In this document: one piece after another, positions 10,833-21,647 of the stretch | How positions within the stretch are numbered: the first letter of the stretch is position 1 | Layout of the letters: each line of letters starts with the position of its first letter | Assembly: GCA_004321845.1 (NCBI GenBank) | Contig: SHBL01000001.1 | Location: forward strand, 1 to 61,350 | DNA from: SAR86 cluster bacterium | GTDB lineage: Bacteria > Pseudomonadota > Gammaproteobacteria > Magnimaribacterales > TMED112 | Direction: 5' to 3' | DNA length: 61,350 nucleotides | Position numbers and translations under genes: made by a program | The notes under the pieces: generated by a model | Told to the model about the DNA's origin: nothing | What the model saw: the letters and a program-made list of their open reading frames with translations, nothing else | Database searches by the model: none

Positions 10833-13685
10833 ATGATTTACAGATTTATTTTGTTACTTACCCTACTCTCTTCTAATTATTTATCAGCGGACTTAATGAA
10901 ACCTACTTCATTATCTAAAGATTTATACGATATTAAAATTTTGAATGGGAATTACGATCCCTCTATCGAACATCCTGATAATTTTCTAGATTTTGACTAT
11001 GGCACTCGAGTTGCTAGTCCTCTTCAAATTGAAAATGCTATAAAAGCCTATTCTAATCAGTCTGATAGAATAAAAGTAGTTGAATATGGTAAAACACATG
11101 AAGGTCGTACTTTATATGCATTATATATATCTTCTCCAACTAACTTAGCCAATTTAGATAATATTCAAGCATCCATTTCTAAACTATCTGATGCTAGATC
11201 TACTTCTGATCGTGAAGCTAAATCCTTAATTGAATCGTTACCTGCTACTGCCTGGATGGCCTATTCTATTCATGGTAACGAAACATCTGGTGCAGATGCT
11301 GCATTAGGGATTATTTATCATCTGATAGCAAGCAATGATACTTCAGTAACCAACATGCTAGACAATATGATAGTAATTGTTGACCCTATGATGAACCCAG
11401 ATGGCAGAGATAGGTTTGTAAAATCTCTTGAGCAATATAGAGGGACATCACCAAATTATGATGATCAGTCTCTTTTGCATTCTGGTGACTGGCCTTATGC
11501 CAGAACAAATCATTATTACTTTGATCTTAATCGAGATTGGTTTTATCTTACTCAGCCTGAAACTCAAGGAAGAGTTCCTTTAATCAACAAATGGCGTCCA
11601 CAAATTCTAGTTGATGGTCATGAAATGGGTGCCCAAGATACGTTTATGACAGGACCTCCTAGAGAGCCAATAAATACAAATATTGACAGAGATTTAATTA
11701 AATGGGGTAATGTTTTTGCTGATGATCAAGCAAGAGCTTTCGATGATAATAATTGGCGTTTTTATACTGGGGAATGGCATGAAGACCTCTATCCTGGCTA
11801 CTCTTTTTACATTCAATTTAGAGGTAGTTTAGGAATCTTATATGAGCAATCCAGAATGTCTGAAGATGGTGTGCGAAGACCTGAAGGAACGATTCAGTCA
11901 TACAAAGAATCAGTCCATCATCAGTTTGTTAGTACCTTAGCTAACCTCAAAACTCTTGAAAAACATACGAAGGCTATGTATCAAGATTTCTGGGATGGAA
12001 GAAAATATAATGTCTCTAGAAATAGTGAATTTGCTAATCAAACCTTTGTTGTATTGCCTACAGAAAATATAGGCAGACTTAATACTTTTGCTAAAAAACT
12101 CCAAGCTCAAGATATTGAAATATATTTAAATACCAAACCGATACAAACTAAATCTGCTATAAAACAAAGTGGTGATTCTCAAGAAAATTACGTAATACCT
12201 GCTGGAAGTATGATTATTCCAAACCTGCAGCCAGAAGCACCTTTAATAGCAGCAATACTTGAATTTGATGCTGAAATAATTGAGTCAGTCCTTGAAGAAG
12301 AAAGAAGACAAACTTTAAAGAATGGTTCTTCAGTAATGTATGACACGACAGCTTTTAACTTAACAATGATGTATGGCCTGGAAGCAGTTACAGTTCAAGA
12401 GAATATTCAAGGAAATCTGTCGCAGTGGGAACCGTCAAAAGTAGACAATACTATCAATAAAGATGCTCTCATGTGGGCCGTAAATGGGATGGATGATCGC
12501 TCTGTAGCTTTTGCTGCTCGACTTATGGAGCTTGGTGTTGAAGTCAGAATTATAGACAAAGAATCTATTCTTTCAGATCAAAACCTGCCTCGAGGAAGCG
12601 TCGTTGTTATTGAAATGGATAATCCAAATTTTGAAAATTTAAGCTCTGTTGTTGGTTCTGTAGCTAGTGATTTAAGTATTTCGGTTGTATCAATAGATTC
12701 AGGTTTTGGGCCTGAGGAGCTTCCAGATTGGGGCGGTAGACATTTCAGGCTATTAGAACGACCTCAAATTGCATTAATGGCACAGCAAAACTTCAGCTCA
12801 TATGACGTTGGTGTGAGTTGGTGGTCTTTAGATCATCACCTTGGCATTAGGCATAGTATGGTAAATGGCTCTTCTGTTAGTTATGGAGATTTAACCCGTT
12901 ACAACACAATCATTATGCCAAGCGGCTATCAAGGGCTTTCAACCTCTGAAATGAATAGCTTAAGAGATTGGGTTAAGCAAGGCGGCACCTTAATTGCTCA
13001 TAATGGAAGTTCAAGAAGTCTTGCTAGTGAAAATGGAATTGGTTCGGTTAGACAAATTTCAAGCACATTCGATAAAAGTGAAGCCTATAACATGGATCTA
13101 CAGCGTGAATTTGGAGCTTTGAGTGTAGAAATTGATATGCAAAAGGTAAATGCAAACAAGGTAAATTTTGAAGTTGAATACCCTTGGGAAGCTAGTAAAA
13201 ATAAATTCAATAAAGCGCAGTTAGAAATGAGGGATAAGTGGCAGTCTTTGTTTATGCCATCTGGTGCTATTGTTGCCGGAAGGACTGATAATGAGCATTG
13301 GTTAACATTTGGAACGGTAGACACACTCCCGGTTTTATATGGTAATAACCCTGTTCTTATGACTAGCAATAATTCTGAAGCAGCTGTTCGAGTTGGACAG
13401 ATAATTGAAAATAAAGAAGCTACAAGCTATAGAACAATTAACTGGTCTGATATGCCGCCTAATACAGATCTTAATGTAAAAATGAGTGGGTTAGTTTGGC
13501 CAGAAGCTTCACAAAGGATTGCAAATTCAGCTTACTTGACTCGTGAAAGAGTCGGCAGAGGTCAGGTAATTTTATTTTCAGGAGAACCAAACTTTAGAGG
13601 AGCTGCTTTAGGAACAAATAGACTATGGCTTAATGCAGTAGTTTATGGAGCTGGATTAGGCACCTCATCTAGAATAGATCCATAA
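10833..13685 (+). CDS. secreted M14-family zinc carboxypeptidase-like protein with a large C-terminal extension
   Basis: HxxE zinc motif (YSIHGNETSG) and a distal His (VDGHEMG). Signal-peptide-like start MIYRFILLLTLLSSNYLSA at the ATG at 10833. The ORF-track GTG start at 10674 only adds low-complexity AT-rich sequence. Confidence 0.7.
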   Translation: MIYRFILLLTLLSSNYLSADLMKPTSLSKDLYDIKILNGNYDPSIEHPDNFLDFDYGTRVASPLQIENAIKAYSNQSDRIKVVEYGKTHEGRTLYALYISSPTNLANLDNIQASISKLSDARSTSDREAKSLIESLPATAWMAYSIHGNETSGADAALGIIYHLIASNDTSVTNMLDNMIVIVDPMMNPDGRDRFVKSLEQYRGTSPNYDDQSLLHSGDWPYARTNHYYFDLNRDWFYLTQPETQGRVPLINKWRPQILVDGHEMGAQDTFMTGPPREPINTNIDRDLIKWGNVFADDQARAFDDNNWRFYTGEWHEDLYPGYSFYIQFRGSLGILYEQSRMSEDGVRRPEGTIQSYKESVHHQFVSTLANLKTLEKHTKAMYQDFWDGRKYNVSRNSEFANQTFVVLPTENIGRLNTFAKKLQAQDIEIYLNTKPIQTKSAIKQSGDSQENYVIPAGSMIIPNLQPEAPLIAAILEFDAEIIESVLEEERRQTLKNGSSVMYDTTAFNLTMMYGLEAVTVQENIQGNLSQWEPSKVDNTINKDALMWAVNGMDDRSVAFAARLMELGVEVRIIDKESILSDQNLPRGSVVVIEMDNPNFENLSSVVGSVASDLSISVVSIDSGFGPEELPDWGGRHFRLLERPQIALMAQQNFSSYDVGVSWWSLDHHLGIRHSMVNGSSVSYGDLTRYNTIIMPSGYQGLSTSEMNSLRDWVKQGGTLIAHNGSSRSLASENGIGSVRQISSTFDKSEAYNMDLQREFGALSVEIDMQKVNANKVNFEVEYPWEASKNKFNKAQLEMRDKWQSLFMPSGAIVAGRTDNEHWLTFGTVDTLPVLYGNNPVLMTSNNSEAAVRVGQIIENKEATSYRTINWSDMPPNTDLNVKMSGLVWPEASQRIANSAYLTRERVGRGQVILFSGEPNFRGAALGTNRLWLNAVVYGAGLGTSSRIDP

Positions 13686-15130
13686 TGATAAAGAAGATTT
13701 TCAAGGTTTTATGGAAAAGCGCAACTGCATATGTAGTTGCTGGATTTGCATTAATTCAATTAGCAAGTGTTGTAGTAAATAATGTTTCTATTAAAGATAC
13801 TTTAGGGGTCTCTCAAGAATTATTTATGCAAACTTTATTTATTGGAGTGCCAGCATTCTTGCCTGTGTTCCTTTTATTGGCATATTTCTTAAGATCTGAA
13901 GATGACGAAATAGAAACAAATAAGGGTGTCGTCAGAAGTGATAACCTAATACCCAAAATTGGGGTGCTACCATTTGAGAATCTTAATAAAGATGAAGAAG
14001 GTTTATTTCTTGTTGACGGTATTGTAGAAGACTTAATAAGTGAGTTTTCTATGATAAAAGAGGTTGAAATTGTTTCTAGAAAAGCATGTTTCGAATGTAG
14101 GAAAGATGCGCTTTCTATTAATGAATTTGCCTCCAAATGGAATGCTGATTATCTAGTATCTGGAAGCATTAGAGCGGTAGAAGACAGGCTTAGGATATCT
14201 GTGGAATTATCTGAATCTGAAGATGGTAATGTACTTTGGTCAAATAAATATGATCGTGTTAAGAAGGATATCTTCGAAGTACAGGATGAAATTGTTAAAA
14301 AAATTATTAATCAAACTGTTGGAAATATTGAAATAAAAAGTCTTAAAAGAGCCTTTAGGAAACCTACAAAAAATATGACTTCATATGACTATATGCTCAA
14401 GGGAAGAGCCTTAAATCAGAAATATAACAAAGAATCTAATACTGAAGCGTTGAAAATGCTTAATTTAGCAATAGAAGCTGATAAAACAAACCCCCTGCCC
14501 TACTCCTGGAAAGCATGCACTATGGGCCAAGCTATAGGTATGGGTTTTGTAGACCAAACAGATGAATGGGTAAATGAGATGTTTGAAGCAATAAATTTTG
14601 CAAAAGAAATGAATGAAAATGATTGGAATGCTAATAGACTTTTGGGAGAGGTACACCTTTCCTTGCATGATTATGCTCAGACTCTAAAATTTGCCACAAT
14701 TTCTTTCAATGCTAACCCAAATAACCCTAATGTGATGTCTATTTACGGTGATGCACTGTTAAGAAACAATAAAATTTCAGAGGGAGTAAAAATGTGGGAG
14801 AAATTATATGGAATTGATCCTGTACCATTCGCAGATAGTAGCTCTGACAGACGAACAAATAATCTATTTTTTGCATATTTTTTAAATAACCAATTTGATG
14901 AATGTGAAAATATCTTTGATTCTATTAATGAACCCACTAATAGAACTTGGCTTCTTAGAACACATTTAAAAACTTCGCAAAATAAAGAATTTAAAAAAGA
15001 AAATTGGTATGAAAAGGGGCTTGAAGACTTTAAAAGTTTAGATTGGGAAAATGAGGTCGATAGATTTCATCTCAACAATGATAATTTGCAACAGGACCTT
15101 ATTTCAACAGCAAAAGCACAGTTCGCTTAA
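13685..15130 (+). CDS. membrane-anchored protein with a TolB-N-like domain and TPR repeats
   Basis: 481 aa. Two N-terminal hydrophobic segments, then IGVLPFENLNKDEEGLFLVDGIVEDLI (TolB-amino-terminal-like pattern) and a TPR-like C-terminal half. The start overlaps the peptidase stop (TAATG). Confidence 0.55.
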   Translation: MIKKIFKVLWKSATAYVVAGFALIQLASVVVNNVSIKDTLGVSQELFMQTLFIGVPAFLPVFLLLAYFLRSEDDEIETNKGVVRSDNLIPKIGVLPFENLNKDEEGLFLVDGIVEDLISEFSMIKEVEIVSRKACFECRKDALSINEFASKWNADYLVSGSIRAVEDRLRISVELSESEDGNVLWSNKYDRVKKDIFEVQDEIVKKIINQTVGNIEIKSLKRAFRKPTKNMTSYDYMLKGRALNQKYNKESNTEALKMLNLAIEADKTNPLPYSWKACTMGQAIGMGFVDQTDEWVNEMFEAINFAKEMNENDWNANRLLGEVHLSLHDYAQTLKFATISFNANPNNPNVMSIYGDALLRNNKISEGVKMWEKLYGIDPVPFADSSSDRRTNNLFFAYFLNNQFDECENIFDSINEPTNRTWLLRTHLKTSQNKEFKKENWYEKGLEDFKSLDWENEVDRFHLNNDNLQQDLISTAKAQFA

Positions 15131-15132
15131 AA

Positions 15133-15660
15133 TTAATCTCTGCGAATGCTTGATTTGATTCCATCTGGAACATAGCCGCCATCCTTATTCCATTCTTTTG
15201 ACTCTCCACTAAACATTTCATCTTCAAACCATTCAATAAAATCAGTATCACGCGTTACTTTCCAAAAATCCCATACACCTCTTGCTAACGGAGTTTTCAT
15301 TGTTCCTAACTTCAAAGCATTCATTCTGACTGTTAGGTGTTTTTCTTCAACGAAGCCCTTCTTGAATTTCTCATATACATCAAAAATATCCACCAAAGCC
15401 ATGACTATGAACATAGATGCTCTCCATTCTTCTCCATGTGTGAGTTTTCCTCCCCAATCTTTTGCTAGAAAATCAGCAAATTCAGAATCTTTTGCAGTTG
15501 CAAAATACCTTTCATATTGTCTTTGCGTAAGCGAGTGACCAAATTGGGCTTTTGTGATTTCATTTTGTTGGTGGATTTGAATGCCTAAATAAATAACCGA
15601 CACAACTACACCTAGTGCAGCTATAATTTGTACGATAATTATGATTGTGTCAGTAACCAT
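15133..15660 (-). CDS. hypothetical single-pass membrane protein
   Basis: 175 aa with an N-terminal TM helix (IIIIVQIIAALGVVVSVIYLGI). No recognised family. Confidence 0.45.
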   Translation of the reverse strand: MVTDTIIIIVQIIAALGVVVSVIYLGIQIHQQNEITKAQFGHSLTQRQYERYFATAKDSEFADFLAKDWGGKLTHGEEWRASMFIVMALVDIFDVYEKFKKGFVEEKHLTVRMNALKLGTMKTPLARGVWDFWKVTRDTDFIEWFEDEMFSGESKEWNKDGGYVPDGIKSSIRRD

Positions 15661-15671
15661 ACTTTAATAAT

Positions 15672-17063
15672 TTAACCTAAATAATTAATAATTTCTTTAG
15701 CAGCATCACGACCATGGGCTATTGCATGCACTGCCAAGCTTGATCCAATTATCATATCTCCACCTGCAAAAAATTTTGGGTTAGACGTTTGGTATTTATA
15801 AACATTACTCTTTAAAGAAACTAAACCTTGATCGGATATATCAATATTATTTTGTATTACAAAGTCTTGTGGGTCTGCTTGGTATCCAAATGCTATAACT
15901 AACTTGTCCATTTCAATTAGCTTTTCTGACCCTTTCATTAATATTGGCTTTCTTCTGCCTGATTTATCTGGCTCACCTAATTCAGTTGAACCAACTTTTA
16001 TTTTACGAATTTTTCCATTACCAATAATTTCTAGCGGTTGGGAGTTGAACATGAAATTTACTCCTTCTTCTATAGCATGGTTAATTTCTTTTATAGATCC
16101 TGGCATATTGTCTTTATCTCTTCTGTAAACACAGGTAACACTTTCAGCTTGCTGTCTAATAGCGGTTCTAACACAATCCATCGCAGTATCACCGCCACCA
16201 AGCACTACTACTTTTTGATCTTTAAAATTTAGACTTTCTGCATCTTCTTCTGACATTAAATATTCTGTATTTTTTATTAAATACGGTAAGGCTTCAATAA
16301 CTCCCTCTTTACCCTCTCCTGAAAGATTTCCTTTGATTGCTTCATAAGTGCCTAGACCTAAAAAAACTGCATCACTTTTCTTTTCAATTTCTTTCATCTT
16401 TGATTGGTCTACTTCGAAGTTTAAGATAAATTTAACTCCTAAATCCTCAAGAATTTTTCGACGTTTTAACACAATATTTTTTTCTAATTTAAATTCCGGA
16501 ATACCGTATGTTAAAAGTCCACCAATTTCTCTATACCTATCATAAACAGTACACTTAACACCTCTTCTAATAAGGTTTTCTGCACAAGCAAGGCCAGCAG
16601 GACCTGCTCCAATAATAGAAACTTTTTTATTAGTAAAATTATCTACATATTTTTTTGGTTGCCAGCCTTCTGCTAATGCTTTATCGGTAATATATTTTTC
16701 TATTTGACCAATAGTAACTGCTTCATAACCTGTATTGAGTGTGCATGCACCTTCACAAAGCTTTTCTTGTGGACAAATTCTGCCACATATTTCAGGAAAA
16801 GAATTAGTTTCATGACACAAATCTGCTGCTTCTTCTATCGATCCTTCCTGCGCTAATTTTAACCAATCAGGGATGTAGTTATGTAAAGGACATTTCCATT
16901 CACAATATGGATTTCCACAGTCCAGGCATCTACTAGATTGTTCTTTTACAGATTCCTGGGTTGTTGGCTCATATATTTCTCCAAAATCAATTTTTCTTGC
17001 TTTTACAGGCTTGGTATCAGGTTCAATCCTTTTAATATCTATAAACTCGAAATTTATTGACAT
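15672..17063 (-). CDS. gltD: glutamate synthase small subunit
   Basis: 463 aa. Cys clusters (CLDCGNPYCEWKCP) and an FAD/NAD GxGxxG motif (IIGAGPAGLA). Confidence 0.9.
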   Translation of the reverse strand: MSINFEFIDIKRIEPDTKPVKARKIDFGEIYEPTTQESVKEQSSRCLDCGNPYCEWKCPLHNYIPDWLKLAQEGSIEEAADLCHETNSFPEICGRICPQEKLCEGACTLNTGYEAVTIGQIEKYITDKALAEGWQPKKYVDNFTNKKVSIIGAGPAGLACAENLIRRGVKCTVYDRYREIGGLLTYGIPEFKLEKNIVLKRRKILEDLGVKFILNFEVDQSKMKEIEKKSDAVFLGLGTYEAIKGNLSGEGKEGVIEALPYLIKNTEYLMSEEDAESLNFKDQKVVVLGGGDTAMDCVRTAIRQQAESVTCVYRRDKDNMPGSIKEINHAIEEGVNFMFNSQPLEIIGNGKIRKIKVGSTELGEPDKSGRRKPILMKGSEKLIEMDKLVIAFGYQADPQDFVIQNNIDISDQGLVSLKSNVYKYQTSNPKFFAGGDMIIGSSLAVHAIAHGRDAAKEIINYLG

Positions 17064-20000
17064 TAAGCAGCATCCTCACGTGTTTTTTGGATAATTCTGC
17101 TAAGATTTTCTGCGAAAGGAGTAACTATCCAAAAGAGACTTTGAAATTTTTCAAAATCAGCTAAAATTTCTCCAGCTACTTCACTTTTTGTTTCTTTAAT
17201 AAATAAATGAATTCTGTCTTTAAGATAGGATCTATGTGCTTCCATTTCTTGGGAAGTAATTCTGTTAAAGGCAACAAGATCTTTATTGCATTTATCAACA
17301 AAACTTCTGTCTTGATCAAAAACATAGGCAAAACCACCTGTCATGCCAGCCCCAAAATTATTTCCAACTGGACCTAAAACAATAACTTCACCACCTGTCA
17401 TATATTCACAACAATGGTCTCCGCTACCTTCAATAATTGCTTTTGCACCAGAATTTCTAACGGCAAATCTTTCTCCAACTGTACCATTAACATATAATTC
17501 TCCACCGGTAGCACCAAATAAGCATGTATTACCAGCTAAAACAGATCTTTCTTCTTGTAAGTATTTATTTTTTTTAATTACAATCTTGCCCCCATTCATT
17601 CCTTTGCCAACATAGTCATTAGCTAGGCCCTCAAGTCTTAAATCTAAACCATTGGAGTTCCAGCAACCAAAGCTTTGACCTGCAGCACCTTTAAAATTTA
17701 AAGTTAGTTTTTCTGGAAATCCAGTACGACCGTACTTTTCAGCAATATCTCCTGATAACCTTGCACCAATTGATCTATGAGTATTCTTAATTTCAAAATT
17801 GAAGGAACCTGCTTTGCCATTGAAAATGTTTGTCTTAAGTTTTTTGTTTATGAGGTTTGTAAGCGATTCATCATTTAAAGAAATATTAATTTTATTTTTT
17901 GAAATAAGATTTGTCTGACTCTTATTTGGTCTATATCTCTCTTTTAGTGCTTCTAATCCCAATTTGATTGATTGGTCTCTGGTCTCTTCTTTAAATTCTA
18001 ATAAGGATGACTGCCCAATAACTTCCTCTAAGGTTCTAAATCCTAATAAAGCAAGGTTTTCCCTAACTTCACAAGCAGTGAATTCAAAGAATTTTTGAAC
18101 TTTTTCAACTTCACCAAGAAAATGTTCATCAATAATTCTTAGTTGTTGAGTAGCAACGCCAGTAGCACAATTATTTAAATGACATATTCTTAAATATTTA
18201 CAACCCATAGCTATCATTGGAGCTGTGCCAAAACCAAATGAATCTGCTCCAAATACTGCTGCTTTAAGTACGTCTTCAGCAGTCTTCAAACCGCCGTCTG
18301 TTTGTAGCCTCACATTAGTACGCAAATTGCTTTGTAACAAAGTATTTTGAGTTTCATGCATTCCTGTTTCCCAAGGAGAACCTGCGTGCCTTATAGATGA
18401 TATTGGACTGGCACCAGTTCCACCATCATGACCAGAAATAGTAATGAAATCTGCATTAGCTTTAACCACACCAGCTGCAACAATCCCTACTCCTGGTTCT
18501 GAAACAAGCTTTACTGATACTAAAGCATCTGGATTGACTTGCTTAAGGTCATAAATAAGCTGAGCAAGGTCTTCAATTGAGTAGATATCATGATGTGGAG
18601 GAGGTGAAATTAAAGTAATTCCTGGTTTTGAATATCGTAATTTGGCTATGTATGAGTCTACTTTGGAGCCTGGCAATTGCCCGCCCTCTCCTGGTTTAGC
18701 ACCTTGTGCAATTTTGATCTGAAGAACTTCTGCATTTCTAAGATAGTGAGGCGTTACACCGAATCTTCCAGATGCAACTTGCTTAATTTTTGACTCCATA
18801 TTAGTGCCATATCTCTTTGGATCTTCTCCTCCTTCTCCAGAATTGGATCTACAACCTAAACCATTCATTGCAGCCGCTAAAGTTTCGTGAGCAACTGGTG
18901 ACATCGAACCTAAACTCATACCAGCTGAATCAAATCTAGATAAAATATCTTCAATAGGTTCAACTTCTTCAATATCTAAAGGCTTTCTATTTGAATTTAA
19001 TTTAAAGAAGTCTCTTATTGCCAAAGGTTTTCTATTGTTAATATGTGATGAAAAATCTTTAAAGCCTATATATGAACCGACTTTCAGTGAATTTTGCAAG
19101 TTCATGACAACATCAGGATTATATGCATGATCTTCCCCATCATGTTTAAATTTATGTAAGCCTTTTGCTACTAAACTATTATCAACTCCTGAATGAATTA
19201 TCAGCATAATATTCTGATGTAAATCTTCAAAACAGTCGCCTTTAATTAAAGAGTAATTTGCAGGGAAACATATCTCATTAACTTGATCAGAGAAACCTAT
19301 AACTTCAAATAACCCAGATCCTCTATAACTTGAAACATTAGAAATGCCCATTTTTGACATTATTTTTAGCAGCCCTTTGTTTAAAGATTTTCTATATGAT
19401 GCACAAAGCTCATTGGACGTCAGCTCGGTTTGAATTTTATTAGATAATTTAAGAATAGTTTGCAACCCTAACCAGGGATGTACACATGTAGCGCCAAAAG
19501 CAATAAGACATGCAACTTGATGATTATCTCTTGCTGATGCGGTATTTACAATAATATTACATTTAGTTCTTAAATCATCTGCAATTAACTGGCTATGCAC
19601 TGCAGATGTAATTAATAAAGCGGGAATAACTGGGATCTTGGGGCTTGATTGTTTTTCATCGATAACTATGAGATTTGTGCCTAATTTTACAGCTTTCACA
19701 ATATCACTTATAACTCTATATATAGCAGTTTTCAGACCTTCTTCTTCAGAATATTCAAGTGAGAATCTCTTAACAGGAAACTTTTTATTTTTGAGCAATA
19801 AGTTAAATTTTTTATGCGAAAGAATTGGTGAATTAACTACTATCCTATTAGCATGCTCTTTAGTCTCTTCAAAAATGTTTAATTCAGGTCCGATGCAAGT
19901 TTCTAGAGACATTACTGACTTTTCTCTAAGTGAGTCAATAGGTGGGTTAGTTACTTGTGCAAATTTCTGTCTACAATTGTCATAGATAGACCTAATTTTT

Positions 20001-21478
20001 CTGCTTACTGGCGCTATAGGTGTATCATCTCCCATAGAACCAGTAGGCTCATTGCCCTCTAGTGCATAAGCTTTCAACATTTCAATCTCATCTGTTCCAA
20101 GCAAAAAATATTTAGCGGATTGATCAAAGTATTTTTTTGAAATTTCTTCTATTTTTGGGCCAGAATATTCATGTAGATTGGCTTCTAAATGCTTAGAATT
20201 TTCCTTTAACCAAGCTCTATAAGGTTTTGATTTTGATAATTTTCTATCAACTTCATCATTCATCATGAGTTGAGATAAATTTCTGTCAAATACAATTAAA
20301 CCGCCGGGTCCTAACCTATCTGTAGCTATCCTTCTTATATTTTTTTGCTCATTTGACCCTACTTCAGAGGACACGCAAACCGTGTCATCGTTAAAATACT
20401 CAATTCTTGCTGGTCTCAAGCCATTTCTATCTAAGAAACAAGAAACAAAATCTTTATTTTGAAAACAAATTAGAGCAGGGCCATCCCATGCTTCCATGTG
20501 CATTGAATTATATTCATGAAATGCTTTTTCATCTGGGTCCATTAAATCTGTGTTTTGCCAAGAAGGAGGAATAAGCATTCGTGCTGCTCTTCCAATATCT
20601 ATGCCACCCAAAGTAAATAACTCTAAAATATTGTCTAAAGATGAAGAATCAGACCCATTCTGATTGATTAAGGGAAAACAATCTTTAAGATCTCCAAAAA
20701 CTTTCGATTCAAAATTTTTAAATCTAGCTGTTGCCCAGTTACGATTACCAGATATAGTATTTATTTCGCCATTATGAGCTAAAACCCTATAGGGCTGGGC
20801 TAAGTGCCACTTGGGTGAGGTATTGGTAGAGAATCTTATATGAAAAGTAGCAGAAGCAACCGAGTGAGATAAATCTTCGAGGTCAGGATAAAATTTTGAG
20901 AAATAATCTGGAAGCACTAACCCTTTATAGATAATTGAATTAGATGAAAGACTGACACAATATAATTCCTTTTCAGGATTAAAATTATTATCAAAATACT
21001 TCTTAATTTTAAAAAAAGTTGGTTCCAAGTCTGGTTCAAAATTATTGGATTTTGGTGCAAAAAAGATTTGCATAATCTTTGGGCATGATTTTAATGCAAG
21101 CTCTCCTAAGATATCTTTATTAACTTTAAGTTCTCTTTGGGCAAGAATTTTTATATCAAAATCAGCACAAATTTTTACAATAATATCTTGGTAATCAAAA
21201 TTATTTTTTATAAAAAAAACGCCTACAGAAAAAAAGTTAGGTAGTATTAAGTTCTGTTCTTCAAGAAGCTTTTTTCGAAAATAATTTCGATCTAAATCGA
21301 TAAGAATTCCACAACCATCAGGCGTTATTCCATCATAACTTACAGCACCTCTATGCTTCATGTTGCATAAAGATATAAGTGCTCTAGAAATTATCGAGTG
21401 GCTAGAAGTATTATTCTTATTGAATATAACTCCAGTACCACAAGAATCATGATCTTGTAAAATAGGATTACCTTTCAT
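17063..21478 (-). CDS. gltB: glutamate synthase large subunit
   Basis: 1471 aa. N-terminal amidotransferase Cys (DSCGTGVI), FMN and GXGXG domains. Its stop overlaps the gltD start. Confidence 0.95.
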   Translation of the reverse strand: MKGNPILQDHDSCGTGVIFNKNNTSSHSIISRALISLCNMKHRGAVSYDGITPDGCGILIDLDRNYFRKKLLEEQNLILPNFFSVGVFFIKNNFDYQDIIVKICADFDIKILAQRELKVNKDILGELALKSCPKIMQIFFAPKSNNFEPDLEPTFFKIKKYFDNNFNPEKELYCVSLSSNSIIYKGLVLPDYFSKFYPDLEDLSHSVASATFHIRFSTNTSPKWHLAQPYRVLAHNGEINTISGNRNWATARFKNFESKVFGDLKDCFPLINQNGSDSSSLDNILELFTLGGIDIGRAARMLIPPSWQNTDLMDPDEKAFHEYNSMHMEAWDGPALICFQNKDFVSCFLDRNGLRPARIEYFNDDTVCVSSEVGSNEQKNIRRIATDRLGPGGLIVFDRNLSQLMMNDEVDRKLSKSKPYRAWLKENSKHLEANLHEYSGPKIEEISKKYFDQSAKYFLLGTDEIEMLKAYALEGNEPTGSMGDDTPIAPVSRKIRSIYDNCRQKFAQVTNPPIDSLREKSVMSLETCIGPELNIFEETKEHANRIVVNSPILSHKKFNLLLKNKKFPVKRFSLEYSEEEGLKTAIYRVISDIVKAVKLGTNLIVIDEKQSSPKIPVIPALLITSAVHSQLIADDLRTKCNIIVNTASARDNHQVACLIAFGATCVHPWLGLQTILKLSNKIQTELTSNELCASYRKSLNKGLLKIMSKMGISNVSSYRGSGLFEVIGFSDQVNEICFPANYSLIKGDCFEDLHQNIMLIIHSGVDNSLVAKGLHKFKHDGEDHAYNPDVVMNLQNSLKVGSYIGFKDFSSHINNRKPLAIRDFFKLNSNRKPLDIEEVEPIEDILSRFDSAGMSLGSMSPVAHETLAAAMNGLGCRSNSGEGGEDPKRYGTNMESKIKQVASGRFGVTPHYLRNAEVLQIKIAQGAKPGEGGQLPGSKVDSYIAKLRYSKPGITLISPPPHHDIYSIEDLAQLIYDLKQVNPDALVSVKLVSEPGVGIVAAGVVKANADFITISGHDGGTGASPISSIRHAGSPWETGMHETQNTLLQSNLRTNVRLQTDGGLKTAEDVLKAAVFGADSFGFGTAPMIAMGCKYLRICHLNNCATGVATQQLRIIDEHFLGEVEKVQKFFEFTACEVRENLALLGFRTLEEVIGQSSLLEFKEETRDQSIKLGLEALKERYRPNKSQTNLISKNKINISLNDESLTNLINKKLKTNIFNGKAGSFNFEIKNTHRSIGARLSGDIAEKYGRTGFPEKLTLNFKGAAGQSFGCWNSNGLDLRLEGLANDYVGKGMNGGKIVIKKNKYLQEERSVLAGNTCLFGATGGELYVNGTVGERFAVRNSGAKAIIEGSGDHCCEYMTGGEVIVLGPVGNNFGAGMTGGFAYVFDQDRSFVDKCNKDLVAFNRITSQEMEAHRSYLKDRIHLFIKETKSEVAGEILADFEKFQSLFWIVTPFAENLSRIIQKTREDAA

Positions 21479-21570
21479 AACATTAATTAAATGTTTTTCA
21501 TTTTTCTTTGTTGACTTTTTGATTATATAGTATTAATTTGGATAATGTTAACTCATAAATTGTGTTTATA

Positions 21571-21647
21571 ACCCATACTCCATGGGATAAAAGGAGCCCA
21601 TATAACATGGGTTAAAAGTTAGACCATCTCCATGGTAAAAAAGGAGC
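21571..21647 (+). repeat. two copies of a ~27-nt unit at 50-nt spacing, forming small CCAU/AUGG hairpins
   Basis: acccatactccatgggataaaaggagc (21571-21597) versus agaccatctccatggtaaaaaaggagc (21621-21647). Three 5-bp hairpins: 21572-76/21582-86, 21597-601/21607-11 and 21623-27/21632-36. Confidence 0.6.
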
